Assembly: GCA_963727625.1 (NCBI GenBank) | Contig: CAVSHR010000006.1 | Coordinates: forward strand, 64,001-128,000 | Direction of reading: 5' to 3' | Source of the DNA: an uncultured delta proteobacterium | GTDB taxonomy: Bacteria > Desulfobacterota > Binatia > UBA9968 | Length of the DNA: 64,000 bases | In this document: positions 11,056-21,109 of the stretch, in pieces | Position numbering within the stretch: the stretch's first letter is position 1 | How the letters are laid out: every line of letters starts with the position of its first letter | Translations under genes and position numbers: made by a program | Notes under the pieces: generated by a model | Database searches by the model: none | What the model saw: the letters and a program-made list of their open reading frames with translations, nothing else | Told to the model about the DNA's origin: nothing

Positions 11056-11071
11056 TGGTACATGGTTTGCT
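11056..11071 (+). promoter_or_regulatory. Putative sigma54 promoter
   Basis: TGGTAC-ATGGT-TTGCT upstream of second paralog. Confidence 0.6.
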
Positions 11072-11137
11072 TAGTATGGAAGCCATAGGAACTTGTGCCC
11101 GCAAGTAATATTTTGCAGCGGTCATGGTGGTGATTAA

Positions 11138-11524
11138 ATGAACCTAGCTGAACACGCAATTCCTGACTCCATGCGACATCGAGGATGCGGCATTCGCGCG
11201 GCATCGTATCCGGTGGGCCCGCAGTCTTGGCTTCCCGAAGCCTGTGTCTGGATGGAGACCGAGAACGGGTTACGCAAATTGTGGGTGCGCAGCTTTGCTC
11301 ACTGCTTCGACGCCGACAAGCTGATCTTTCCAAACAAATTAGATGCCGATAGTTGGGCGCTAGGCGCGGCGCGGGCGATCATCGATCGCGCGCTGGAGCA
11401 ATTTTCTGCCGCCGTTGTCCGCGCTACGGCAGAACCGGAGCGATCGCCCGACAGCAGGGGGCGCTTGGCGCGTTCCCCGATGCGGTTGTTAGACAGACTA
11501 AAGCACTTCCGCTCCTCGCATTAA
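11138..11524 (+). CDS. Hypothetical protein (paralog 2)
   Basis: Shares HRGCGIRAASY, GPQSWxPEACVW, RSFAHCF, NKLxADxWA, IIDRAL with paralog 1. Confidence 0.75.
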   Translation: MNLAEHAIPDSMRHRGCGIRAASYPVGPQSWLPEACVWMETENGLRKLWVRSFAHCFDADKLIFPNKLDADSWALGAARAIIDRALEQFSAAVVRATAEPERSPDSRGRLARSPMRLLDRLKHFRSSH

Positions 11525-11662
11525 ATTCCAGTTTTCTTGAGATTAGAATCAGCTCTCCGAATTCACCTGCCGTGGCTCAACGGCCGAGGCTTGACAGGGT
11601 GGGGCGCCCTTTGTATTGAACAAGCACGGAGCGGCCGGGTTCAATTCAAGGGGGAGGACATT

Positions 11663-12653
11663 ATGGACTTGCAGGGTTTGAGTCTGTGGATGAAGGAACG
11701 AAACTTGAAGGGCCACTGGGAGCACTCGGATTGGTCGCAGACGGTGAAGCCCTATTTGTGGAAGGGAAAAGATATTTTCCAGGCGCTCGATTGGGCCGGC
11801 GAGGCGATCACCACCGGGGAAGCAGGGCGGCGCACGATCCAGATGCGCAATCCCGGTCTGTCGGCGGGCATGACCAACACCGTGCATATCTCGGTGCAAC
11901 TGGTTAAGCCCGGCGAAATCGCCGCGGCGCACCGCCACACGGCGGCGGCGACCCGCTTCATTGTCAAAGGCACGCCCAACGCGTACACCATCGTCGAAGG
12001 CGAGCGTTTCCCGATGTTCGAGGGCGATTTCATCACCACGCCGAACTGGACCTGGCACGATCATTTCAACAATTCGACCGAGCCGGTCATGTGGCTCGAT
12101 GGCCTGGACGTCCGTCTTGTGACTCACTTCGGCGCGATGATCCAGGAGAATTTTACGGCACAGCAGCAACCGGTCGAGAAGCCGGAAAGCTTTTCGTCGA
12201 AGATTTTCTCCCACGCGCGGCCGACCTGGATCAAGAATTCCTTCCAGGCGCCGCCCTATCGTTATCCTTGGGAAGAAACTAACACGGCCCTGCAGTCACT
12301 CAAGGAAAGCGCCGGTGACCCGTACGACGGGGTTATCTTGGAATATGCCAACCCGGTCGACGGCGGTCACACGCTGCCGACCTGTTCCTGCTCGATCCAA
12401 CTGTTTCGGCCGAAGGAAAAGACCAAGAGTCATCGACACACGAGCACGACGGTCTACTATGCCTTTCGCGGCAGCGGCATGACCAAAGTCTCGGCCAATG
12501 AATTCAGATGGGAGAAGAGCGATCATTTTCGTCGTGCCCTCCTGGCAGTGGCACTCGCATGAAAACACGACCGACGATGACGCTATTCTATTTTCGATTA
12601 ACGACCGGCCGTCCACCGAAGCGCTGGGGTTGTACCGGGAGCAAGCGGAGTAA
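11663..12653 (+). CDS. Gentisate 1,2-dioxygenase-like bicupin (frameshift near 12523)
   Basis: AHRHT, TPNWTWHDH, WLDGLD, HRHTS; C-terminus IFVVPSWQWHSHEN...ALGLYRE continues in the +1 frame to TAA at 12653. Confidence 0.85.
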
Positions 12654-12733
12654 AATAACTCGTGCTCGTGACGAATCGAGCTGTTTTGGAAATCCGGCGC
12701 CAGTCTTCGTCAGCCTAATGGTCTCGGCTCAGG

Positions 12734-14182
12734 CTAACACCACGATGAATTGAATCGTTGAATTACTTTGCCGTTTTCATTCCGCGGGAGATTTTTTTTA
12801 AATTCAATCTGACGCGGGCATTTATAGCTATCGAGCCGTTGCGAGCAATACTCGATAAGTTCATGTCGTTCAACCCTCCCCGCAGGGATCACCGCAGCCC
12901 CGACTGCCTCATCAATCTGTCCGGTTCGAATAGGGAAGACCGAAGCTTCTTTTACCTTCGGGTGGGTGCGCAGGATATTTTCTACCTCGGCCGCCTCAAC
13001 CCGGTTGCCGCCGACCTTGATGAATGAACTCTTTCGCCCGACGATAAATAGGTTTCCGTCCTTGTCGAGACGCCCCAGATCGCCCGTATAAATATAGCGT
13101 CCACGCCGGTGCGGGTGCTTGTGAAAAAACTTTTGCCATTTGGCCGCGAATTTCGAAACATTGAAAACGACTTCGCCGATCTGCCCGGGGGGCGTTGGCC
13201 TTTTGCGCTCGCTTAGGACCGCGACAGGGAAAGGACCGGAGACTTGACCGACGGCACCCGGGACTCCCGCGAAATTATAGGTAAACGCCGGAATGATCTG
13301 GGTCGCTCCATAGCGCTGACGAATCCAGATACCAAAGCGCTGGTGAAACCGGTCGTAGATGTATTTGGAAAGCGGTCCGCCCCCGGAGATACAAAGTCTA
13401 ATCGATGAAAAATCAACGGGGTGGGAAGCGGGAACGGCCGCCAGCAGCTCAAAGACCAAAGCGACGGCATAAAGAATTGTCACGCGTTCCTTCGCGATAG
13501 CGTCGATCGTCTTAAAGCGTTCAAAGCGCTCATGCACGACGACCTTACAACCTTTGACGAGCGGCACGATGACATGATTATTGATGCTCGAGCCGTTGTT
13601 GAATGGACGAATTGACAATAAGACGTCGTCGGAGGAGACTCCCAGCACGCTCGCTTTCAATTTCCCCCGTTCCAACAAAAGCTCCGCGGATTGGAAACAT
13701 ACCGCCGGCGTCCCGGTAGTGCCGGAGCTGAATACCGCGACGACCTGCTCTCGGCGCATAGCGCGCTTCTTAATAAACGGTTTTGTAAATTCCGGCACGC
13801 GCAGCCCGCTGTTTCGCTCACAAAGAATCGTGCCGCGGAGGGTGGGGCAGCTTTTCGAACAGCTGTCAACGAACTCACGGCTACCCACCGCGAGAACCGG
13901 ATGGGTCTCGAGAAACTGAGCCGGGAACTTTGCCGAGGGTAAAACAGGAATTACGGTTGCGCCGAGCGCGGCGGCGGCGTAAAAAAACGCATAAAATTCG
14001 GGCGAGGGAGGGATTCCGACGAGCAGCCGCTCTTCAATCCCAATACCAAGCTGCTGCAAGTAGGCGGCAATTGCGTCGACTTCGCGCCGAAGCTGCGCGA
14101 ACGTCAGAGAGCGTCGCTCTCCGACTACAGCGGTTTTGTCCGGGGTCTTCTTGGCTTGGTGAAGTAAAGCAGCGTAGAGCAC
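12734..14182 (-). CDS. Class I adenylate-forming enzyme (acyl/aminoacyl ligase)
   Basis: FSSGTTGTP, YGATQ, TGDLG, GRKSSFIKVGG, NENGK. Confidence 0.9.
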   Translation of the reverse strand: MLYAALLHQAKKTPDKTAVVGERRSLTFAQLRREVDAIAAYLQQLGIGIEERLLVGIPPSPEFYAFFYAAAALGATVIPVLPSAKFPAQFLETHPVLAVGSREFVDSCSKSCPTLRGTILCERNSGLRVPEFTKPFIKKRAMRREQVVAVFSSGTTGTPAVCFQSAELLLERGKLKASVLGVSSDDVLLSIRPFNNGSSINNHVIVPLVKGCKVVVHERFERFKTIDAIAKERVTILYAVALVFELLAAVPASHPVDFSSIRLCISGGGPLSKYIYDRFHQRFGIWIRQRYGATQIIPAFTYNFAGVPGAVGQVSGPFPVAVLSERKRPTPPGQIGEVVFNVSKFAAKWQKFFHKHPHRRGRYIYTGDLGRLDKDGNLFIVGRKSSFIKVGGNRVEAAEVENILRTHPKVKEASVFPIRTGQIDEAVGAAVIPAGRVERHELIEYCSQRLDSYKCPRQIEFKKNLPRNENGKVIQRFNSSWC

Positions 14183-14376
14183 GATCGTTCAAGGTGGCGA
14201 TGGTTTTCAAGGATTAATACTGCATGTCGCGGCGCGTCAGTTCTGGAATTTATGCCCAAGCTGTGAAATATTCAATGGCCGTTACAACCTGTGCCATTTG
14301 ATTGAAACCGCCCTTGTTGGCCGTCGCGCAAGCGCTGCAATCCGGATTAGCATGGCTCGAATCAGTGAGGAGATGA

Positions 14377-15255
14377 GTGCATTTTTCGCTGATGTATCTC
14401 TGCCATAGAGCGCCGGTTCTACGCCATTTGGGAACGGTGCTTCCGTACCGCTGGTTTTTTCACTGGACTCGCTTTAGCGCTCTCGCGGCCTTTTATTTTT
14501 ATCCGCACCGGAAGCGGAGCGTAGAACCTTTGCTAAAAGCCGTCGGTACGAGCTGTCGGCGAGATGTCAGAGATTTTGCCAAGCGCTATCTGGTTTACCG
14601 GCGCTGGTTCAACGATTTGATCTACGCTTGGCCAAACTGGGCGGCGCGTTGCGAGGAATGGACTTTCGTCGACGGAGAAAATCATCTGGCAGCGGCTCTG
14701 GCGGGCGGTCAAGGCGCGATTCTTCTGACCGGCCATCAGTTTGGATACGAACGGTATGCAGCAGCCACGCTTGCGCAGAAAGGCTACAAGGTGAGCCGAA
14801 CCGGCACGGGGGCCGATCCTGAAAAACGCGTGTCGCGGTGGGGCAGAGGATCATTTAAAAGCTGGCGTTACCTCAACTATCATGGGGATTACTGGCACCA
14901 CATCCATGTCATGCGTGAACTTCGCCGCCGGCTGAAGCAAAATGGCATTGTTTTAATGTCGATCAGGGGCTTTCCGGCAGGTTCGCCGGATCTGGAAATC
15001 GATTTTTTCTGCGGGCGGTTCTTTCTGGATCCCTCAATCATCCGATTGATTGAGTCGGCAAAGGTTCCGGTGGTTCCGTATTTCGCGATATGCGACGACC
15101 ATGGAAATCTGCAAATAAAGTTGTCGCCCCCTTTGGCGCCTGAACGCACAGCAATCATGAAGGGATTTGGACAAGTCTATGCCGGTTATCTGCGGGACTA
15201 TCCTGAGTTTGCGCGTATTTGGAAAAGAGTCATCGGTCAAGAAAGCGAGTGGTAG
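14377..15255 (+). CDS. LpxL/LABLAT-family lipid acyltransferase-like protein
   Basis: VDGENHL..ALAGGQGAILLTGHQFGYE (HxxxxE catalytic dyad), DFFCG, VPVVPYF. Confidence 0.75.
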   Translation: MHFSLMYLCHRAPVLRHLGTVLPYRWFFHWTRFSALAAFYFYPHRKRSVEPLLKAVGTSCRRDVRDFAKRYLVYRRWFNDLIYAWPNWAARCEEWTFVDGENHLAAALAGGQGAILLTGHQFGYERYAAATLAQKGYKVSRTGTGADPEKRVSRWGRGSFKSWRYLNYHGDYWHHIHVMRELRRRLKQNGIVLMSIRGFPAGSPDLEIDFFCGRFFLDPSIIRLIESAKVPVVPYFAICDDHGNLQIKLSPPLAPERTAIMKGFGQVYAGYLRDYPEFARIWKRVIGQESEW

Positions 15256-15256
15256 C

Positions 15257-15517
15257 GTGACCCGAGCTCAAATAAAAAACAAATTGGAGAAACTCGTAGA
15301 AAAGTCCGAAGGACGTTCCAAAACGGAGTCCAAAGAGGAGGTGTTTCTCTTATTCGGCCAGGAGGGAACCTTTGATTCCGTGAGCGCGTTACAAATGGTT
15401 TTCGACGTTGAAGAAAATTTTAATATTGTCATCGAAGACAAGGAAATCCACCCGGACAACTTCCACAGCTTGGACGCATTGACCGATTTCATCCGGCGCA
15501 AAGTTTCCCAGGTTTGA
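15257..15517 (+). CDS. Acyl/aminoacyl carrier protein
   Basis: GTG start just after upstream stop; FDSVSALQMVFDVEENFNIVIED...NFHSLDAL phosphopantetheine-site motif. Confidence 0.85.
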   Translation: MTRAQIKNKLEKLVEKSEGRSKTESKEEVFLLFGQEGTFDSVSALQMVFDVEENFNIVIEDKEIHPDNFHSLDALTDFIRRKVSQV

Positions 15518-15591
15518 GGGGGGACCGCTCCGAAGGCTCGTCACATGAGGCGCCGAGATCAACTACGATCGCTGCATCGGCAATCCGCGGC

Positions 15592-16596
15592 CTAAGGTAT
15601 TTTATAACCTAATTCCCTGGCGACTTCTTTCGCCAATCGGTCGTCGGCAATATCGCTAAACGCCGGCTTCTTATCGACGAAGCGACCGCGAGCATGGATC
15701 GATTTTACCAAGTTTTCGATGCCCGTCGGGGCCGGAACGCCGCTTTTGCTGAGGGTCTTCATGAATACGTCATAGGTCTTTGTAGCGATTTCTCGATCCA
15801 TTTTTAGGATTCGCATCATCAGCTCGACACTTTTCTCTTTTGATTTGCGGATCATGTCTTTAGCCGTTTGCAGCGCCCGGATAACGCGCTTCACCTTGTC
15901 CGGTTTGTTGTTGATATCTTTAGTCAGTGCGGTCAGACCGCCTCCGGGCATTTCCACCAACGAACCGATGTCCAGAATGTTGGCGAATCCCTTTTTTTCG
16001 GCGAAAAACATGACAGGCGGATTCAAAGACGCGGCGTCGACGAATCCAGTCTCGAGGGAGCGCAGCATCTCGGTCGGAGGAAGGGCGAGAATGTTGAAAT
16101 CCCTGGGAGTCAGGCCGAGCTTCTCCAGCGCGATAACGAGCGATACGTGGTTGGTTGCGCCCAGGCTGCCAGTGACGCCGATGTTTTTGCCCCTGAGCTC
16201 CTGCACCCTTTTAAATTTCGGATTCACCATCAGCGAATAAGAAACTCTCTCGGAAGAGAACCAAACTGCGCGCAAGGGCAGCCCGCCTAAAGTCGCGCTG
16301 ACCGATCCCGGTCCGACGCCGGCGACAAAGTCGATTTCTCCGGAAATCAGGGCCGGCGCGGATATCGCCGGCGAAATGAGAATGATTTCCGGATCGAATC
16401 CCTGCTCTTCAAAGAGCTTCCACTCCTTGGCGGCGATCAGCGGCAGCGCGGTCACGCTCAGGGAAGCATTTGCGATTCTAATTTTTTCCCTTGCCGGCTG
16501 AGCGGAGACGGGTCCGATGGCTGCGATCAGCGCCAGGACGGCGGCCGAGATGATGATGGCGCTCGAACGAGATTTCAAAAGGATCCTTCTAATCAT
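15592..16596 (-). CDS. NMT1/SsuA-like substrate-binding protein
   Basis: Signal peptide, ALISGEIDF, ELRGKNIGV; paralog of 18131-19129. Confidence 0.88.
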   Translation of the reverse strand: MIRRILLKSRSSAIIISAAVLALIAAIGPVSAQPAREKIRIANASLSVTALPLIAAKEWKLFEEQGFDPEIILISPAISAPALISGEIDFVAGVGPGSVSATLGGLPLRAVWFSSERVSYSLMVNPKFKRVQELRGKNIGVTGSLGATNHVSLVIALEKLGLTPRDFNILALPPTEMLRSLETGFVDAASLNPPVMFFAEKKGFANILDIGSLVEMPGGGLTALTKDINNKPDKVKRVIRALQTAKDMIRKSKEKSVELMMRILKMDREIATKTYDVFMKTLSKSGVPAPTGIENLVKSIHARGRFVDKKPAFSDIADDRLAKEVARELGYKIP

Positions 16597-16618
16597 TATT
16601 TCTCCTGATCAAAAGAGT

Positions 16619-18022
16619 CTATCTTTCCAGCGCAGACGTGGATGAGCTCTCTCCCGCCAAAATTCCAGTAACGGCGGCTTGCATCAAGCCGCCGGTGTAG
16701 CCGCCGCGGTAACCTCCCATCAAGCCGCCGATGGCGTCGCCGGCGGCGTAGAGACCCGCGATCGGTCGCTCCTCTTGATTCAAAGCTTCCGCTCGGCCGT
16801 TAATTAAGATCCCGCCCATGGTAAAGGTGATTCCTGGTATCACTTTTAAGCCGTAAATCGGTGCGCGCAAGACCTTCGGCGTGCCGGTCCGAGGTGCCGT
16901 CAGCGAATTGCCCGCGCCGGACTGCACGGCGTGATTGTACTGTCCGACGGTTTTCGTCAACGCTGCGGCATCGACGCCGATTGCCGCAGCCAGATCTTCG
17001 ATTGTCGGCGCGGTAAAAATTTCGCCGTCGTTGTCCATCAACCAGGGGTTGGGTGCCGGCGTTTTGACCGAATTGGCAAAGGCATCGTCTCTGGCGGCGT
17101 CCCAAGATTCTTGATCGAAGATCAGCGTGGCGCCGGTCACGTCTTCGGCGCGCGCCAACTCGTTGGCGACGGCGACATCGCCGCGCCCTTCGTCGACAAA
17201 TCGCTCGCCGTTGCGGTCGATCAGGAGCCCTTCGTCGATGAAGGAATCGAGTCTCGGGTACGGCCAGAAACGGTCGTCGACGAGCGCTTTGCGCGAGATC
17301 AGGTGGCCGTAGAAATATTGTAAATTAACCGCTTTGGCGCCGATCTGGAGCGCCATCCGCAAGCCGTCGCCGGTGCACTGCTTCGAACCGCGCAGCTTGC
17401 ACTGGTCGGCGTGCCGTCCGATGTACTGTCGCACCATATTCTTGTTGGCGCTGAAGCCGCCGGTGGAGAGGATCGTAGCGCGGCTGCGCAATTCGACCGC
17501 ATCGCCGGACTGGGTTCCGCCGACACCGCAGACACGCCCATTTTCAAGCAATAACTCCTGCGCTTCAACGTGGTTTAAATAATTTCCACCGAGTTGGACG
17601 AAGCGTTCCTTAAGTTTGGTCAGGGCGCGGGTGCCGACATCTTTCTTGTAAACTGGCGCAAGAGAGACTTCCCCGGACTGGTCGAGCCAGATTCGGCCGG
17701 GCGCGCTCTCCGTGATTTTGACGCCGGCGCCGATCAACCAATCGACTGCCCGGCCGCAAGTTGTCGACCAGGCCTTGACCAAATCCGGAGAGGCCACGCC
17801 TTCGGCCATGACAAAGTTATACAGCTCTCCCGGAGTCGTTCTCGGGCTTTTTCCTCCAGCACGCAAACTGCCTGAAGCCATCAGGACATTGCCGTCACCC
17901 AATGTGCCGGCGCTTTTATCGATCAAGACGACTTTTGCGCCTTGCTCGGCAGCGCGCACGGCGGCCGTGAAGCCGGCCAGGCCGGCGCCGACCACGAGAA
18001 TGTCGGAATCTATTGTATCCAT
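16619..18022 (-). CDS. FAD-dependent oxidoreductase, fumarate reductase/TcuA flavoprotein family
   Basis: GAGLAG, STGGFSAN, TGDG, GERFVDE, FTMGG, GLYAAGD; start MDTIDSD. Confidence 0.88.
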   Translation of the reverse strand: MDTIDSDILVVGAGLAGFTAAVRAAEQGAKVVLIDKSAGTLGDGNVLMASGSLRAGGKSPRTTPGELYNFVMAEGVASPDLVKAWSTTCGRAVDWLIGAGVKITESAPGRIWLDQSGEVSLAPVYKKDVGTRALTKLKERFVQLGGNYLNHVEAQELLLENGRVCGVGGTQSGDAVELRSRATILSTGGFSANKNMVRQYIGRHADQCKLRGSKQCTGDGLRMALQIGAKAVNLQYFYGHLISRKALVDDRFWPYPRLDSFIDEGLLIDRNGERFVDEGRGDVAVANELARAEDVTGATLIFDQESWDAARDDAFANSVKTPAPNPWLMDNDGEIFTAPTIEDLAAAIGVDAAALTKTVGQYNHAVQSGAGNSLTAPRTGTPKVLRAPIYGLKVIPGITFTMGGILINGRAEALNQEERPIAGLYAAGDAIGGLMGGYRGGYTGGLMQAAVTGILAGESSSTSALER

Positions 18023-18029
18023 TGTATTT

Positions 18030-18105
18030 CTGCCTTTGCGATCTTGCCGTCTTGGCGCGATAAAATATTCGGAATTCCTTTCGCAAAGGCGCAAAGCACG
18101 CCAAG
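18030..18105. repeat. Intergenic periodic inverted repeat
   Basis: CTTTGCG/CTTGCCG/CTTGGCG units facing CGCAAAG/CGCAAAG/CGCCAAG units. Confidence 0.55.
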
Positions 18106-18130
18106 CCGTGATTATTTGCAAGCCTATCGG

Positions 18131-19129
18131 TTACGGCAGCTTGTACCCCAACTCTTTGGCTACCGCGGTTGCGAGCCGGTCATCGGCGATATCGGTAAAA
18201 ACGACTTTGCGGTCGACGTGACGGCCTTGCGATTGCACTGCCTTAACCAGAGTCTCCATGCCGACGCGGCTCGGAATGCCGGTCGGACTGAGCACCGCGA
18301 CAAACTCATCGTAGGTTTCCCTGGCGGCCTCCTTGTCCATTTTGAGCAGCTTGACGATCAGCTCGACGGTTTTAGGCTTAGATTTTTTGATTTCATCCTT
18401 GGCCATTTGGAGTGAGCGAATCACGCGTTTGGTTTCTGCGGGCCGCTCCTGAAGGGTCTTCACTAGCGTCGTAAGACCGCCGCCCGGCATGTCCACCGAC
18501 GCGCCGACGTCGTAGACCTTATTGAAGCCCTTTTTCTGCGCCCCGAAGGTCACCGGCGGCGACAGCAGCGCGGCGTCGACGTAGCCCGTCTCTAGGGAAT
18601 GAAACTGCTGGATCTGCTGCCCCGGAATCGACACCAGAACGAAATCTTTGGGATTGGCGCCGGCCTTTTCCATCGCCAGGTTGAAGGCGACATGAACAGT
18701 GCCGCCCAATCCGGTGATGGCGATTTTTTTTCCTTTCAGACTTTCCAGTGTCTTGTACTGCGGCTTGGCCATCAGCCAGTAGGAAATTTTGTCCGCGGAG
18801 AACCAGATCGCCCGGGTGGGAAAACCCCTGAGTGTGGCATTCACCGAAGCGGGACCAACACCAGCCTGATAATCGATGTCGCCTTGACTGAGGGCCGCCG
18901 GCACGATGGACGACTGCATCAGAATGATTTCCATGTCCAGCTTGTTGGCGCTGAATACGCCCCACTCCCTGGCGGCGAGCAGCGGCAAGGCGGTGATGGA
19001 AAAACTGGCGTTGGAGATTCTCAATTTGGTGCGCCGCTCTTGGGCCGACGAGTTTGGCGTCATCAAAAACGACATCACGAATGCGGCGATGGCCGATCGC
19101 ACGAAGGAGGCTCTCGTCAAGTATTTCAT
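18131..19129 (-). CDS. NMT1/SsuA-like substrate-binding protein
   Basis: Signal peptide, NASFSITALPL, LKGKKIAI; paralog of 15592-16596. Confidence 0.88.
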   Translation of the reverse strand: MKYLTRASFVRSAIAAFVMSFLMTPNSSAQERRTKLRISNASFSITALPLLAAREWGVFSANKLDMEIILMQSSIVPAALSQGDIDYQAGVGPASVNATLRGFPTRAIWFSADKISYWLMAKPQYKTLESLKGKKIAITGLGGTVHVAFNLAMEKAGANPKDFVLVSIPGQQIQQFHSLETGYVDAALLSPPVTFGAQKKGFNKVYDVGASVDMPGGGLTTLVKTLQERPAETKRVIRSLQMAKDEIKKSKPKTVELIVKLLKMDKEAARETYDEFVAVLSPTGIPSRVGMETLVKAVQSQGRHVDRKVVFTDIADDRLATAVAKELGYKLP

Positions 19130-19261
19130 TCCATGGTACTCCCTTTGAATCTGTCTGCCTTAAACGGCGGGTACTTCTACTTACGCAATTTGCCGTTGCT
19201 TGACAACCTTTTCGTTCCTTGAAACTATCGCAAAAGTTTTTGTCGGCGGGACAACATTGAA

Positions 19262-21010
19262 ATGAAACCCAGCGCAACAGCGAGCGCGCCGAATCGCGCC
19301 GAGCTCGACCCGATCACGCTCGAAGTGATCCGCCACGGCATCATTTCGATCTGCGATCAGATCGACGCCAACATGACGCGCACCGCGTTCAGCCCGTATA
19401 TTTATGAATACAAAGACTACGCGGTGGGTTTCGTCGGCGCAATCGGCGAACTGCTGGCTCAATCCACCGGCGGTATGCCGGTGTTCGTCGCCGACTCGGT
19501 GGGTATGGCGGTGAAGGACGGCCTGGCGGTTTATGGCCGGGAGAATCTGCACGAAGGCGACGTAATCGTCTGCAACCACGCCGCGGTGCAGGGGCAACAC
19601 CTCAACAACACGGTCATGTACACGCCTGTGTTTGCCGGACCCAACGGCGATGAGTTGATCGGTTTCTTTTCCATTAACTGCCACTGGATCGACATTGGCG
19701 GCGGCGCCATCGGCTCGGTTTCCTATTCCTCAACCGATATTTTCATGGAAGGGCTGCAACTGCGCTCGATCAAACTCTGGTCCAAGGGCGAGCCGATCGA
19801 AGAAGTTTATCGGATCATCGAGAACAACACCCGCTTTCCCCTCGAGCTGCTCGGCGACATCGAAGCCCAGCTCGGCGGCTGTTTGCTCGGCCGCGACTTG
19901 ACGCAGGCCATGGCCGACAAGTACGGCACGGCGGTTTTTCTCGGCGCCCTCGACAGGATTCTCGACCAATGCGAGGCGGCGACGCGGGAAAAAATCCGGG
20001 CAATCCCCGACGGCGCCTATCAGCACGAAGCGTTTCTCGACAACGACGGGGTGCGCGACGAAAAGATTCCGATCAAGGTCAAAGTCATCGTCGACGACGA
20101 CGAGATGACGGTCGATTTCTCCGAGATGTCGGATCAGGTCAAAGGCTGTGTCAATTCGGGTTTCTACGGCGGCGGTCGGACCTGCGTGCGCGTCGCCTTC
20201 AAGTATCTGATCGCCACCGATGAGCCGGCCAACGAAGGAACCTTCCGGCCGGTCAAAATGATCCTGCCTGAAGGCAAGTTGATCAGCGCCGAAGCGACGG
20301 CCGCGATGGGGCTTTACAGCATTCCTTTCCCGACCGTCATCGACTGCATCATCAAAGCGTTGGAGCCGGCCTTGCCCGAGCGCGTCACCGGCGCGCACTT
20401 CGGGACGTTTTCTTCGTTGAGCTTCGCCGGCAAACGCATGGACACTGGCGCCGTGTTCAAAGCCAATGACAGCGGCCACGGCGGCTGGGGCGCGTGCGCG
20501 ACCCACGACGGCGCCGGGCCGTTTCGCACCATGGCGCACGGCGACACGCGCTTGATTCCCATCGAGTTGCAAGAGTCGATGTATCCGTTGCGCGTCGAAG
20601 AGTTCGGTTTGCGGCAGGATTCCGGTGGGCCGGGAAAATGGCGCGGCGGTCTGGGATTCGACAAACAATACGTGTTGCTCGCGCCGTGCGAGCTTTGGGC
20701 AAACTTCGACCGCATCGGCTGTCCGCCCTGGGGCGTGCGGGGAGGGAACTCAGGAAAATCCGGGCAAGTGCTCCTCTACAAGGACGGCAATGCAACGCCC
20801 GAGCTGATCTACAAGACGGAAAACCGCCAACTCGACGCCGGCGATCGCGTCCGCATGTCCACGGGGGGTGGCGGCGGCTACGGCCAGCCGCGCGAGCGCC
20901 CGGTAGAATTGGTCCAGCGCGATGTCATCCGCGGCTTCGTCTCGCGTGAAAGCGCGCGAGACGACTACGGCGTCGTGCTGGGCAGCGACGGCAAACCGCG
21001 CCGCCAATAA
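19262..21010 (+). CDS. Hydantoinase B/oxoprolinase family subunit
   Basis: DPITLEVI, RTAFSPYI, HWIDIGG, DSGGPGKWRGG, GGGGGYG. Confidence 0.93.
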   Translation: MKPSATASAPNRAELDPITLEVIRHGIISICDQIDANMTRTAFSPYIYEYKDYAVGFVGAIGELLAQSTGGMPVFVADSVGMAVKDGLAVYGRENLHEGDVIVCNHAAVQGQHLNNTVMYTPVFAGPNGDELIGFFSINCHWIDIGGGAIGSVSYSSTDIFMEGLQLRSIKLWSKGEPIEEVYRIIENNTRFPLELLGDIEAQLGGCLLGRDLTQAMADKYGTAVFLGALDRILDQCEAATREKIRAIPDGAYQHEAFLDNDGVRDEKIPIKVKVIVDDDEMTVDFSEMSDQVKGCVNSGFYGGGRTCVRVAFKYLIATDEPANEGTFRPVKMILPEGKLISAEATAAMGLYSIPFPTVIDCIIKALEPALPERVTGAHFGTFSSLSFAGKRMDTGAVFKANDSGHGGWGACATHDGAGPFRTMAHGDTRLIPIELQESMYPLRVEEFGLRQDSGGPGKWRGGLGFDKQYVLLAPCELWANFDRIGCPPWGVRGGNSGKSGQVLLYKDGNATPELIYKTENRQLDAGDRVRMSTGGGGGYGQPRERPVELVQRDVIRGFVSRESARDDYGVVLGSDGKPRRQ

Positions 21011-21012
21011 CG

Positions 21013-21095
21013 CTCAAGGTTCAACGGCTTCAAAGTTCCACGTCAGAGAAAATGGCGGAGATTGTAAGCACCTTTGAACCGTTGAACTTTTGAAC
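21013..21095. repeat. Intergenic GTTCAA-type periodic inverted repeat
   Basis: GTTCAA/CTTCAA/GTTCCA units then TTGAAC x3. Confidence 0.55.
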
Positions 21096-21109
21096 AGGAG
21101 TCATCTTCG

